A program made the position numbers and the translations under genes. The notes beneath the pieces were generated by a model that saw only the letters and a list, made by a program, of their open reading frames with translations, ran no database searches and was not told where the DNA came from. Of a DNA stretch of 64,000 nt, positions 13,001 to 25,759 are shown piece after piece. This DNA is from Eledone cirrhosa (Eukaryota). The stretch spans positions 34,348,001 through 34,412,000 of the forward strand of contig OZ024747.1 of assembly GCA_964016885.1 (NCBI GenBank), given 5' to 3'. Numbering within the stretch: position 1 is the stretch's first letter; each line of letters opens with the position of its first letter.

Positions 13001-13874
13001 ATGTATTTGCAACGCTAGATTGATGTCGTCAAACAGGTGTTTCCAGACGACACAGTAAAGACATCCACGAATCGGAGGTTAAGTTGGAACTTAACTTCAG
13101 ATCCGCAACCAAAGTATTCTGGCAGTATGTTGGAGAAGACGCAATAAAAGCGTACAAAACTTGAGGTTAAGTGAGAATCTGACTTTAGATCAACAACCAA
13201 AGTATTTTGGCAGTCCAACCTCCGAATTTGTAAGAACATTTTTTGCTGTTGTTCAGCACCAAGTCAGTTCAGATCTGCAACGAGTCTTGAGTCCTGATCC
13301 CTGCAGAGAGGTATATCCTCGCGTGTAAGATAGAATACTTTGCTGATCTCTGAAACATGGTCACAGCAAAATATACTCATGTACCTGAGGTACATCTGGG
13401 AGCGATATCTAACCCCTCAAGGGATGAGATATAAACAATAATGGTAGGATTACAGCTTCTGTGAGGTAATTAAGTGTTTAGTGTATCTAAGGCATGGTTG
13501 TAGAACTGAAGAAAAGATAAATAGAGTTATTGTTGATTTAGCTTAAATATCTTTCCTCGTATACTCACAAAATTATGCAGTTCCACTTTAAAATTTAATA
13601 GGGTAATCCAAAAGAATATTTAGTTTGCCACATTTATAAGATCAAAGTATCTATTTTAGAATCAGTTCAAGTGTTGAATGACTTGGTTTACATTGCAGAG
13701 AGCTAATTCTAAAGTTTAGGATAATCCTTTATAAAAAGACATGCTTACCACAGCAGTGATTCTCCAGTTGCGTCATTGACCTGAATATAGGCCATATTTT
13801 TCAATATCGTAGTTATCGGACTAACATTGCAAAAAGTCGTTGCTATTTTTCAATATATATATATATATATATAT

Positions 13875-14090
13875 GAAAAGGTATGATCCCGACGGCAGAG
13901 CTCAAGCCGTTTCGACGGATATTTCTGGACTAAATTAGAATTTTTAGTCTGGTCCAGAAATAGACGTCGAAACGGCTTGAGCTCTGCCGTCGGGGTCATA
14001 CTTTTTCCTATTACCAACTCTACTACTCTAAGTATTGAGTACTCTGGTGCCTTATGGTCCCTCTGGTTCCTTACCACCTATCGCCTATAC
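13875..14090 (+). mobile_element. Short element with ~55-bp terminal fold-back containing the 3' half of a hammerhead (family also at 24937-25052 and 33225-33376)
   Basis: Arms 13875-13931 / 13950-14007; GAAACGGC-ttgagctct-GCCGTC; shared tail CCTATTACC.ACTCTACTAC.CTAAGTATTGAGTACT. Confidence 0.75.
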
Positions 14091-14176
14091 TCTTATATTC
14101 AGGTCAATGGCGCAACTGGAGAATCACTGCTGTGGTAAGCATGTTTTTTTATAGAGGATATTCCGAAACTTCTAAT

Positions 14177-14288
14177 GCTAATGCTTTTCAAAAATAATTT
14201 TGAGATAGAGTGACCGTGATGTTTGCTCTGATCTGAGCAAACATCACGGACGCTCTATCTCAAAATTATTTTTGAAAAGCATTAGAAT
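14177..14288. repeat. Near-perfect palindrome, ~54-bp arms
   Basis: CTAATGCTTTTCAAAAATAATTTTGAGATAGAGTGACCGTGATGTTTGCTC-TGATCT-GAGCAAACATCACGGACGCTCTATCTCAAAATTATTTTTGAAAAGCATTAG. Confidence 0.9.
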
Positions 14289-14450
14289 GCGCAACCGGTA
14301 AAACTTAAAACCAAAACTGAATACTAACCAATACAATTACTAATTCTCACTTATTCCTAATTAAACTCTCTTTCACTGTGAACAATTTGTCAGCATTTTC
14401 TATTCCGTTTACCAATATATAATAACTTGTGTGTTACAGCTCTATTCTTT

Positions 14451-14493
<43 letters not shown>

Positions 14494-15362
14494 CTTTTAA
14501 TTGTTCGAATTGATGGACGGCGAGGAAGTCTAACTTGACCCCTCTGACTTAGAATGAAAGCAGGAGACATCAAACTATATAACAGAAAGCACTAAATCTA
14601 GATATGTAGCCACGAACACTACTAAACAGAATATACATTAGAAGGCGAAGAATGTTTGGGATAATATATGTGGCTTTAAGCAGATGCATTAAGAATAATT
14701 GACATTGTCATGTATCTAAATGGTAGCGTATTATCAATAAAGAATGCCATGTTACGCATGATAAATAGAGCATTTATATTTTTTCTCATATACATATGTG
14801 TGTGCATTGGTATACATGAATATATATATGCATACATACATTATATATATATATGTGTGTGTGTGTGTGTAAACACATTCATTATATATATATATATATA
14901 TATATAAACATACATATACACATATATAGAGAGAGGGACATAGAGAGTTACTCGCAGACATGTATGCTTGTATGAGTGCATATGAAATAGACATAAGTCT
15001 TCCTGTCAAAAAGGATTGTTAAGAGATGCAGTAAATATTTGTTTCGTTAATTATCATGTTAAATAATGGATTTTTGATAGTTGGGAATAATACCTTTTTT
15101 ACGTTGTAGTTGCCGTTTAACCCTAGGTCTGTACTAATGTAAGCGACCTTTGCAGGAAGTTATTGAAACCATATATTTTTGCGTATTTAGTATAGCAATG
15201 ATTATATTGACCAACTCTCCAAATGTTATTTGTGTTATGCTGGTTGTTATCTCGAGCAAAACTAGCTTTACTGTACAAGCACCTCAATCATTTTGTTTAA
15301 ATTATAAAAAAATAATTTAAGGTAATTACTGCCGTAATAATCTAACCGTATGTTTTAAAACG

Positions 15363-15615
15363 TCTTCTTCTTCTTCTTCTTCTTCTTCTTCTTCTTCTTC
15401 TGCTTCTTCATCACCCACTTATTCTCGAGAGAGTCTTTAGGGTGGAGTCCTCAAACACTTCTGCTAACGGATCCTGTCAGAAGCCAGCTTCTTCAATTGA
15501 TCCGGCTGGATCCCCAATAAAGGGCAGCCGAGCTCATGGATGTTATCCAACCATCTTGCTCGGTGTCTGACTCTGGTTCTCCTACCGGTTAATTATGCCC
15601 ATAAAATCGTCCTAT
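15363..15615 (-). mobile_element. RTE-type LINE 3' end with (GAA)n tail
   Basis: - strand translates RTILWA*LTGRRTRVRHRARWLDNIHELG, resembling the RTE C-terminal 'R..GRPR.RW.D' motif; ends in (GAA)n. Confidence 0.6.
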
Positions 15616-16269
15616 CGATTTTGTTCTAATTGTTTTTGTTAAATTCTCTGACTTTTCCGCATTAGATATCACACAATGGAATGGTACGTTATAAATATAT
15701 AAATGACTTCTAAATTTGATAATTTGGTACTTGATAAGATTTAATATTGAGTCTCTCGTAACAGATGTAAACCTGGTACGAAGTGACGTAGACAGATCTC
15801 AAGATGTTGAATTTAAACATAACTCTTTCATACGATCTTTGTTGTATTGATCTGGTTGTGTTTAAACTATGTTAAAGAGAGACAGGGGAAGAGGCAAGAG
15901 AGAAAGAGTGAGAAAGGGAGATAGGGCGAGATAGAAAGGAAGAGCAAGAGAAATATGGAGAGAGAGAGAAATAGGGAGAGAGAGAAAGAGAGAGAGAGAG
16001 AGAGGGAGAGAAAGGAGACGGGATCAATATACAGTCTTAGGCTTTAGTGAAGTTCAATATGATACAGATGCGTGTGTTTTCTAATTAAAGTACTAGTGAG
16101 TTTTGGGTATGACAGTAAATGTAATCTTCTAAATTATGAGTGCTTTCTTAGTTTAGTCGAGATGAAGTTCAGCTTTAGTTTTGTAAGATTTCCAGTGACT
16201 TACTTTAATTCGTAGTGCCAGCAACTGTAGCATCTTTAAACCCCTACATTCTAATTAGCATTTGGATGA

Positions 16270-16550
16270 GAAGGTTACACTAATACCATAATTTTGCAGT
16301 TAGCTTTTGCATCATATTCCTATACAGGCAGCGAATTGACATAGTTAGTGGAGTGTCGGATAGAATGCTTTGCGGTATCCGTTTCTGCTCTCTGGTATCT
16401 GAGCTCAAATCATGCCCAAGACAACTTTTCCTTTCATCCTTTCCAGTGTAGTACTGATGTCGAGTCTTCTTCAATATCTCTTCCTCACTTCCCTTCTCTG
16501 GAGGAAATTTGCTGTGTTCAGACCCCTGGAGTGTGATAGGCTCCACCAAG
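16270..16550 (-). mobile_element. Decayed RTE-like LINE C-terminal fragment
   Basis: SEEEILKKT...CLGHDL...RIPQSIL resembles RTE 'NEEVL.R...WLGHV.R...R.PK.IL'. Confidence 0.45.
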
Positions 16551-16839
16551 CTTAATAAAGATCCCTAGAAATGCTGTATGACAACGAAATACCCCTACGA
16601 CCCCCTAAGAAGTTGCGGGATCATACCATACTGGCATACTTAAAATGTATTGGAATAAAGAGTATGCATACATGGATGACATAGGGACAAGCATTCACAT
16701 ATCGCAAGAATAAAAATCTGCAAAGAATACATTTTACGGGAGGTAAAATTCACTAGAAACGTTGTATGACAATACAGTGCCCCCTACGACATCATCAAGA
16801 GTTACTGGACCATACATACATGCATGGATATTCTTTTGA

Positions 16840-16955
16840 TGCGGCGGTGAATTGACAGTGTCTTTAAATAGTCTTACGAATTCTTAACAGTATCTGTTGC
16901 TTTGATTTACGTTCTGATTTGAAATCCCGCTGAAGTCAAATTTGAGTTTCATTGA
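16840..16955 (+). mobile_element. OK-like SINE head, decayed
   Basis: GCGGCGGTGAATTGACAG...CGTTCTGATTTGAAATCCCGCTGAAGTCAAATTTG matches the 21175-21570 SINEs. Confidence 0.65.
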
Positions 16956-17490
16956 AGCGTTAGGTAGAAGGGCCTGGTTGAAAGATGTATTGCAGTCTGC
17001 ATTGAAAAAACGTGATGGCCCTGTGAACTGTCCTGGGAGGTGTGGGATGGATGCACAAATATTGTGTATCTCGAGACCCCATTGAGGGTTCGGAAGTTAG
17101 CACACCTTGACAATTGTTCCAACGTGATGAAATAATGTAGCGGCCATGTACTGGCGTCGATATAATCGACATTAACTTCATTTCAAATTAGTTGCAATGA
17201 GCTCAAATTAGAAACCAACCAATAAATTCTTTTGATATTGCATAAGTAGTCTGCTTCGAATATTATCTAAAAATAGACAAGAACGAACATTTATTGAACT
17301 ACTAGCTGAGGTACCCGGTAATACAAGTTCCCATTAAAATGCCCAATGCCTCTCAGACCAAAAATGAAATCAAAATATAGGACAGATCCAGACGTATATT
17401 TTATTATCGTCTGTGAGTCAGAAACCTTTGGTAATGGAGTAGTTATATTTTGTGTTGTTCACTTTCTGATTAAATATATATATATATATA

Positions 17491-18501
17491 TATGAAAAAG
17501 AACACAAGAGCGTCTACAACATCAACAGATTTTTATTGGCTTACAATGTTTCTTCCTTACGTAACCGTAGGATTCGTCAGAGCTATAAAAGGGGTTTGAT
17601 TGGTGTTTTGGACTCTACCAACCAAACATTCAAGAACAAAGAGTAAAGAGAGTAAAGAGCAAAAGTAGGGGACGATAAGTCTAATTTCGGTGCGGGAGGG
17701 TGGGGTGTGGGTCCTTGTTTACTAGCTGCGGTCATATTCATTCCCGGGAGTCGAGTGGTTAGCTGAACCATAGATGGGGTGGCGTCGATAGTATGGTGCA
17801 GAGGGTGCGCAGAGGCTACACAGACACAAAGGGCGTACAATATATATATATAGCGGAGGAGAAAGTACATGAGGTAATTAGAAATGGAAAAAGAGTAACA
17901 ATAATAATCTATAATTAATAGTGTATAATAAGGCATGGGGAAGATTACAATATAATAAGGTATAAAAGTAAGAATAAGGTAAAATATAAAGGAGGATAAA
18001 AGTGGAAATAATAAAGATTATAAAATAAAGATAAAAAAATATATAGAGAATATATAAAGAAATATAAGCGAATATTTGGAGGGGAAAACACAATGTAAAA
18101 AAAAAAACCGATTTTTTCAAATAATAATAAAAATATAATAATTATGGGGGGAGAAAACGGGATAGAGAAATATGATCAAGTGTGATTAGTTGAGTGAATA
18201 TGAGATGATAATAGTTATGTCAAGTTTATACATCTTAATAATAAATAATCTGTGTATCAGAGTTGCAGAACCTTCAATTCACTTACGGGTTCAAGCCACG
18301 TGGCATGGTCCATTGTTTATTTGTGCGGTCATGTGCGTTTGCTTTTGACACCACAGCAGATGCACAAGTTCGTAAATTCCAATGCAGATAGAAATCTATT
18401 TTTGGTCACCCGGACATTGACGGAGGATCCAATATTCCTAGTTCAATATGTGTTTGGTGTTATTTTGGTCGCACAAATCAATCACTTGGTTCAATATATG
18501 G
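17491..18501 (-). mobile_element. PLE 3' fragment/pLTR, second copy (hammerhead at 17531-17590)
   Basis: Near-identical to 1661-2656; flanked by (TA)n on both sides. Confidence 0.75.
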
Positions 18502-18545
18502 GGTATATATATATATATATACAATATTATTAAGGCTAAAAGGTG

Positions 18546-18595
18546 TCTTGTTATTCTGGAGTTTCATCTGTTTATCACAGGATCCTCAGACGAGA
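18546..18595 (-). ncRNA. Degenerate type-I hammerhead in a probable pLTR
   Basis: Reverse complement reads tctcgt-CTGAGGA-tcctgtgataaacagat-GAAA-ctccagaa-TA-acaaga. Confidence 0.55.
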
Positions 18596-18972
18596 ACTAA
18601 CATTTCAATGGCAGATACAATATATACATATAAGGTCACGTTGGGGGGAAGAAGTAGGTAATAATTATAGAGAAAGCGAAATTATGATAGGATGGGGACG
18701 ATGGTGGTGGCAGTGTGGAGCGGGAAGAAGGGGATAAAGGGTAGACGTGGTATAGTCATAGAAAATAGAAATAAGGCCATAGAAAATTTAACTGGTCAAT
18801 GTAAGGCAGGTGGGAAGTGTGGAGCTGGGTGCATTGGGGGTTAGTGAAAAATATTGATGTGATTGGTGGAAGGAATATACATATATATATAACTATATGC
18901 CTAATATATGAATGTATATGTATGTAAGGAACAGAATCTAGTCTATGAACATGGATATATACGAAAGTATGC

Positions 18973-19011
<39 letters not shown>

Positions 19012-20451
19012 TATATATATATGTGTGTATGTGTGGGGGGTCTATATGTAGCTAGGTATACATGCATGTATGTGTATTTATATATATATGTGTGTGTGTG
19101 TGTGTTTATATATATATGTGTGTGGATGGGTGTATACTATCTACTTAGCTCACATGTTCTAAAACTATTCCGCTTTAGGGAAGTAAATTACAAACCTATC
19201 TTTTGCACTTTTATTAATCCATTACAGTAGATTATACAGTTTAGAGTTTACACACTGGAGGTTATATACGTGTCTTCTCTTCGCCACCTCTCTCCCCTGT
19301 ATTCACTAAGTACCATTCTATTCTCTACATAACTGAAGCCCACAGCCCTAAGTGCAATTTTTAAAAGAATATATCTTTCATTCGTGTCCTCTCTCTGTTT
19401 CTGTTTCTCTCTCACCTCCTGTCACCATTACGTTTTCTGGCTGCATCTCTCTCTCTCTGTATATGTTTCTCACGCTGTCTCGTATTTTGACTATCATTAA
19501 GTTGTTTATATACACAAGTTAAATAATTTAGTAGCAGTTATAAACCAAATAACCTGAAACATTTCTATCAATATTAAGAGACAAAATAATATGAATTTCA
19601 ATTTTATTTTGTTCCGGCTCTTTACGTTTTCAGTTCAAATTATTCTGATGTCAGCCTTGCAATACATTTTTCTACGGTTAATGAAATAAAGCAACAGTCC
19701 CAAAATTGCTGTCGGAAATGAGTTTCATGATTTGTACAGGTTCTGTAGGTTTCGAATTTAATCTGCTATCAAACTGCATCTAACATGTTTTATATTTGAG
19801 CACCATTGGTGTATTGAAGGGGGGGGGGGTGCTTAGTTATTACATGAATAAATACTTATGTGCGAGAGGGAGTGAAATCGATCGACAAAGTACAAGACGC
19901 CATTAGGCTACGGAGTGAGGAAGATCTCGTCAAATCGAGCCAAAGAAACAACGTTTACATTGAAAATTTCCATTGTTGATACTATGGTCGCGAGCAGAAA
20001 GAACAAGGTGAAATAAAGTCTCTTGTTCAAGAGCATAAGCCATCGCCCGGTCTGTGAATTGAAATCGCATCGTCACCATTGCAAATCCAATTTGTTAAGC
20101 ACTAAAACTCGCACCAATCTTCTTTCTATATTCTTGTTTGACTGTGATTGTTTAAAGTTAGTTAGGTGTTCATATATGTATGTAGCCGCATCTGTCTGCA
20201 TGTGTTGTATATGTACATGGATATATGTATGAGTGTGTGTATGTATGTGTATGCATATATGCATAGAGCTATATATATTACCAATTATATCCAGTTAAAT
20301 GAAATCGTATAACCATCGTCAGCATTAAATAATTTATCTACTTAGTACATAATCATAATTTCAAATAGTAATGCTACGGTGGTTTTACTACATCCCGAGG
20401 CAAAACGTAATACTATACCTTTCGGCAAATAGTTTACCGAGCATCGCATTT

Positions 20452-20452
<1 letters not shown>

Positions 20453-20540
<88 letters not shown>
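20453..20540. repeat. (TAC)n-(CA)n microsatellite
   Basis: Direct reading. Confidence 0.95.
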
Positions 20541-20542
<2 letters not shown>

Positions 20543-21174
20543 GACACACACATACAAATATACACGCACATATACACGGAAAACCAACCACACATGTGTA
20601 CACATATATAAGGGTCGACTGGAAATTTTATAGGCTGACAAAAATACTCTCATGGAATGACCAAATGAGGCTTATTTTTCAGCATAGTTCTGGATAGAAA
20701 CACGGCTGTTATTCATAAGAAGTTTTAAAATTAATGCAGGCAAGATTTCACAGTTCCATCATCATTCCTTCATATTGGTCAGCTGAACAAAAGGTTTACA
20801 CCCAGTAATATTTATAGCGATAATAATTCTTGTAGTTTGACAGCCTTTTTCAAGTAAATAAGCGTGAAAGAGATAGGAAGGGATGATTGGAAATCCTTAT
20901 GGCATCTCACGTAAAGTGAAGTGCCTTACTATCCATCATGCGGACTACTATGACGGATATATCAAATGTGTTTGTTTCCTTGGAATTAAATTGTGTTGAA
21001 TTAACAACATAATAACCTTATTTCTTAAGAGGCGGTCTGAAGACGGTGCGTTGGTGGTTGCGCAGACATATCACGAAACCATGAACGCCAGAAAGATATG
21101 TGTCGTGGCTGGTTGTGAATAAAGGAATGATGAATATCTAAATCTGACCTTCCCAGTTATCATTATTATAAGGA

Positions 21175-21570
21175 AGGGCGTGGATTGGAAGTATCGGTAG
21201 CGGGTCGAACGCCATGCTTTGCAGCACAGTTAAGTCCCTTTATGGACTGAGTTCAAATCCCGCCGAGGTAAACTTTGCCTTTCATCCTTACGAGGTCGAT
21301 AACATAAAGTTCCAGTAATGCACTGGGTAATTGCTGGCCTTTTGCCAAAAGTAGAAACAATTATTATTTCTCTGACAGTGGATTGGCAGTATCGGTAGAG
21401 GGTCGGACGCCATGCTTTGCAGCAAAGAGTTACGGCCCTTTATGGTCTGAGTTCAAATCCCGCCGAGGTTATCTTTGCCGTTCATCCTTACGAGGTCGAT
21501 AAAATAAAGTACCAGTAATGCACTGGTGAATTTGCTGGCCTTGTGCCAAAAGTAGAAACAATTATTATAA
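21175..21570 (+). mobile_element. Two head-to-tail OK-like SINEs with TTA tails
   Basis: GTGGATTGG.AGTATCGGTAG (A box region)...GAGTTCAAATCCC (B box)...GCCAAAAGTAGAAACAATTATTAT, twice at ~198-bp period. Confidence 0.85.
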
Positions 21571-21799
21571 GCATACTCTGTTATGAACGAACAAATCGTA
21601 TTTGGAATAAACATGACCAAAAGTATACAAGTATAAGATTATAAATATATGTATATATATATATATATATATACATACATGTAGTAGTTGTATTTAATTT
21701 GTTGGAATTCCGACAATCAATAAGTGAAATTATAGGCATTGGAATATAGCGAACAATATGTAGTAAAATTATAAGTGTAATTATATTTCATATATATTT

Positions 21800-22740
21800 T
21801 TAAATGTTGAATTTAGGCGATGTTTACATGAACTAAATACATTCACACGTATATTAATAGAGTTCATACATTTAAGTATGAAGAACATTTCCTCAACACA
21901 AAATTTGCAAAATCTAGATAAAGCTGTGTTCCTGTAGGCAGGTACTCATGAGATTACATCCCAAGTTAAAGAATAGTCTGTATTTTTAGATTTTAAGTTC
22001 CATATCAGGTTTGATAGATATTTTACCAACATTATTAAACGAGCATTTGTGATTATTGAAACGGGATTTGAAGTCTATAGAAGTTGAACCTACATAGTTA
22101 AATAAATGATCATTGGTTTTGACAGTGCATTTATAGACAACATCTTTATCTAAGCATTTATTTTTTAAAGTACAGTTTGATTTAATTCTACAATTACATT
22201 TAGCAGAGTTGATGTTATTCGGAACGGTATTATTCAGTTGGATATTGCTAGAGGTATTAGTGCTATTTTGGTTATGGTTTAGATTTCTATTATTGATTCT
22301 ATTTATATTTTGTGCTAAGTTCATAGTAGTAGAGTAAGATAGTTTTATTGTATGTCTGTTAAATATTGAATGGTATCTATGAGCTTTGGGAAAACATTTA
22401 TCTAGAGCTTTAAAAAATAGTTTAGGGACTAAATATTTAGGGAAAACATTTATCTAGAGCTTTAAAAAATAGTTTAGGGACTAAATATTTAGGTGCATAT
22501 CAAATTATATTTCTAGTTCTATTCCTTCTATTAGTTTTAGAGTTTATGTTAGGTTTCTTATAATTATAATTAATATTATGGTTATTTGCCTTATCATTGT
22601 TTTCGATGTATTTAATTTTATTTTTATAGCCTGCTCTACTTAAAGCTTCATTATAATATTCTGCCTTATCGTCAAATATGTTTTTATTCGTAGAGATTCG
22701 AGAAATACGTTGTTATACAGAATTTACAATAGTGTTCTTA
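21800..22740 (-). pseudogene. PLE linker + GIY-YIG fragment (second family)
   Basis: CNCRIKSNCTLKNKCL..VVYKC...YVGSTSIDFKSRFNNHKCSF; internal 52-bp tandem duplication at ~22388-22492. Confidence 0.88.
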
Positions 22741-23669
22741 AAAAAAGTTGTTTTTTTTAGAAAAAAAGGGTGTTTTTTAAAGTTTTTTTAAAGGGTTTTT
22801 TGAGTATCTTTTGAGATTCTTAAACATTTTTTTTTATTTTTTCCAGAACTTTTAATATTTCTATATTATATTTTTTAATATTTTTAAATATTTAAAATAA
22901 TTTTTAATATTTAATATTAGTGTTAAAACCAACAACTAATTCAGGCTAAATTATCTTTCAACACTTATATCTTCGTCAAAATGGTCTCATACTAACTAAT
23001 AAATAAACAAAATTGGGAATTTGAGTATCTTCCCAATTTAAAATATTAAAAACATAAATATTCATATTAACTCAGTTAATTTAATTACTTACATTAAATA
23101 TAAACCAGTGTCCCTCATAACTTATTAAAACAATTATCTATAACAGGATATACCCATATATCCACTCATATATCTATTCTTCTATCTATATTTTTCTATC
23201 TATTTTCTACTTATATCTATTCATTCTCAATATATTTTTCAATATATATTCTTATATTTGTTTATATATATTTATTTTTTATATATATCTATTTTTTTCT
23301 ATATATCTATTTCTTCTATATACTTATAAAAGTAAATATTATATTCTATTATATTAGAATTCTAACAATAACATAATTAGTAAATATACGTAATATAAAT
23401 ATGAACTTAAGACTTATTTACGTTACATTTCTCTCTTCTCTTTATCTCTCTCTATATATATCTCATAACAGTGATTTTTTCGGTCTCTCTTTCTTCTCAT
23501 CGTTCCCCAGCGTAATTTAAATAAAGGGTTGTTTTTTTTTCAATTTTTCATACATTCATTTGCATATTCACACACAACTTTGAATTACCCCTAATACGTT
23601 TCCAATATCCAGTGAATTTCGGACCGTTAAGGTGTGATTTCCATATCGTTATTTATGAAACAAATTTTG

Positions 23670-23735
23670 TATTTTATCTGATGAAACCGCACCCAGGTTT
23701 GGCTTGGTCGGCCTTGAAATATATATAATAAAATA
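23670..23735 (+). ncRNA. Type-I hammerhead in a pLTR (23030-23778); related copy on - at 36572-36636
   Basis: tattttat-CTGATGA-aaccgc...ggcctt-GAAA-tatata-TA-ataaaata; 8-bp stem I. Confidence 0.75.
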
Positions 23736-23776
23736 AATATGGTTTTATAAATAGAGTTGCCATTCATTATTATCTT

Positions 23777-23828
<52 letters not shown>

Positions 23829-24141
23829 AAGATTGGGATTAAAGAATTTCGCAGTTCACAACAATCATAATAATACTAGCTCGAAGAAGAACAGAGAATT
23901 TTCATCTGAGCTCAAACACTACTTCAGAGATTTGATTCTGATATAGGTTTTTTTCGTATTTTATTGCTAACCTGTAGGTATTGTTCTCCATACAGTAACG
24001 TTTAAACTCACATGTAATACATTTTTACACACATCTCACTGTGTAACACACTTCACCCTGTGTAATCTATTTGTATATATATAATAGTAGTAATAGTAGC
24101 TGGTATGGCACCACTGTAGTAAATAGACCAACGGTACTTAA

Positions 24142-24203
<62 letters not shown>

Positions 24204-24217
24204 TGTGTGTCTATGTA

Positions 24218-24271
<54 letters not shown>

Positions 24272-24629
24272 CCTGTATTAAAATAGTGATACCTAGTAAG
24301 CTACGTGGATAAATATACACATACAAAATCTAGGAAAAGTGAAATGAAAAAGTATAATAGGCAGAACAGTTTGGTATATTGATTGATTTCTAGTACGTAG
24401 AGGTATGTTACACTAGATAGAGCCTCTATCCATATTTGGCATATGTATCTATATTTCATTCATAATATTTCACTCTGCTGATCAAAGGGAAAAAGAATTA
24501 ACAAAAGTCTATCGAGTATATAAGCATACACATTCACACGTTTTGTCTTGTATGTATTTTATCATACTGATATCTATCTACTCTTCTATATATCTATCTA
24601 TATATCAATCTCCCTACCTCCCTCTCTTC

Positions 24630-24741
<112 letters not shown>

Positions 24742-24887
24742 TCAGTAACGATGTCATTTATAAATGTATGCCTTTATGTTAGTGTGAAAATGTGTGTATA
24801 TGTAATATAGTAATATTTCTATAAGTTCATATCTGAGAAAATATGGAAACGCTTATGCACAATATCAGATATATACATACACACACA

Positions 24888-24941
<54 letters not shown>

Positions 24942-25049
24942 AGTAAGTAAGACCCCGGGGTCGTACTTACTCCTATTACCCACTCTACTACCCTAAGTAT
25001 TGAGTACTTTGGTGCGTTATGGTCCACCTGGTTACCACTTTTCCCTCGC

Positions 25050-25129
<80 letters not shown>

Positions 25130-25180
25130 TGTATATATATATATATATATATATGTATATGTATGTATATATGTATATGA

Positions 25181-25245
<65 letters not shown>

Positions 25246-25300
25246 TATATCAGTATAGATATATATGCATACATATATATGTATATGTATATATATATAT

Positions 25301-25708
25301 GTATGTACGTATACATACATACTTACATTTAAGTAAGTGCCGTACTAAGAGTGAGAAATGAAATTTCGTTTTCATTTTATTACAACTTATCGTTTTCGGT
25401 GCGCCTGGCCGACTGAACTCACTCGATATGCAAATTAGGCTGCTCAGCCGTTAACTTTCATAAGGAAAGTATATACTTTCGAACGTTCAACCATCTGGCA
25501 GAAGGGTATACGGTGCTGATGATAGCTAAGAAGCTTGAAACTAGTACGTCGTTCCTGTGTCAGAGTTGAACAAAAAGGTGACGTGGTTGCCTTAACACCG
25601 TACGGCATAAATTCAGGCTGACAGCTTGTTTACAAACGGACAAAGCGGGCGTTAGAATAAACGTCCGCTAAACTGATACGTACATATATGTATGTGAACC
25701 TGTACGTG
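25301..25708 (+). repeat. ~410-bp hammerhead-containing direct repeat, copy 1 (retrozyme/pLTR-like)
   Basis: Near-identical to 29978-30385; hammerhead at 25510-25552 acggtg-CTGATGA-tagctaagaagctt-GAAA-ctag-TA-cgtcgt. Confidence 0.85.

Positions 25709-25751
<43 letters not shown>

Positions 25752-25759
<8 letters not shown>

Noticed and set aside
19860-20100. GC-richer unique segment as a possible host exon
   Set aside because: No convincing splice sites or recognisable protein motif
24988-25332. Many ORFs of type [18 protein letters not shown], poly-I/L/Y (also 3537-3965, 7765-8021, 30135-30577, 33578-34123, 38654-39005)
   Set aside because: Translations of stop-free microsatellites, not genes
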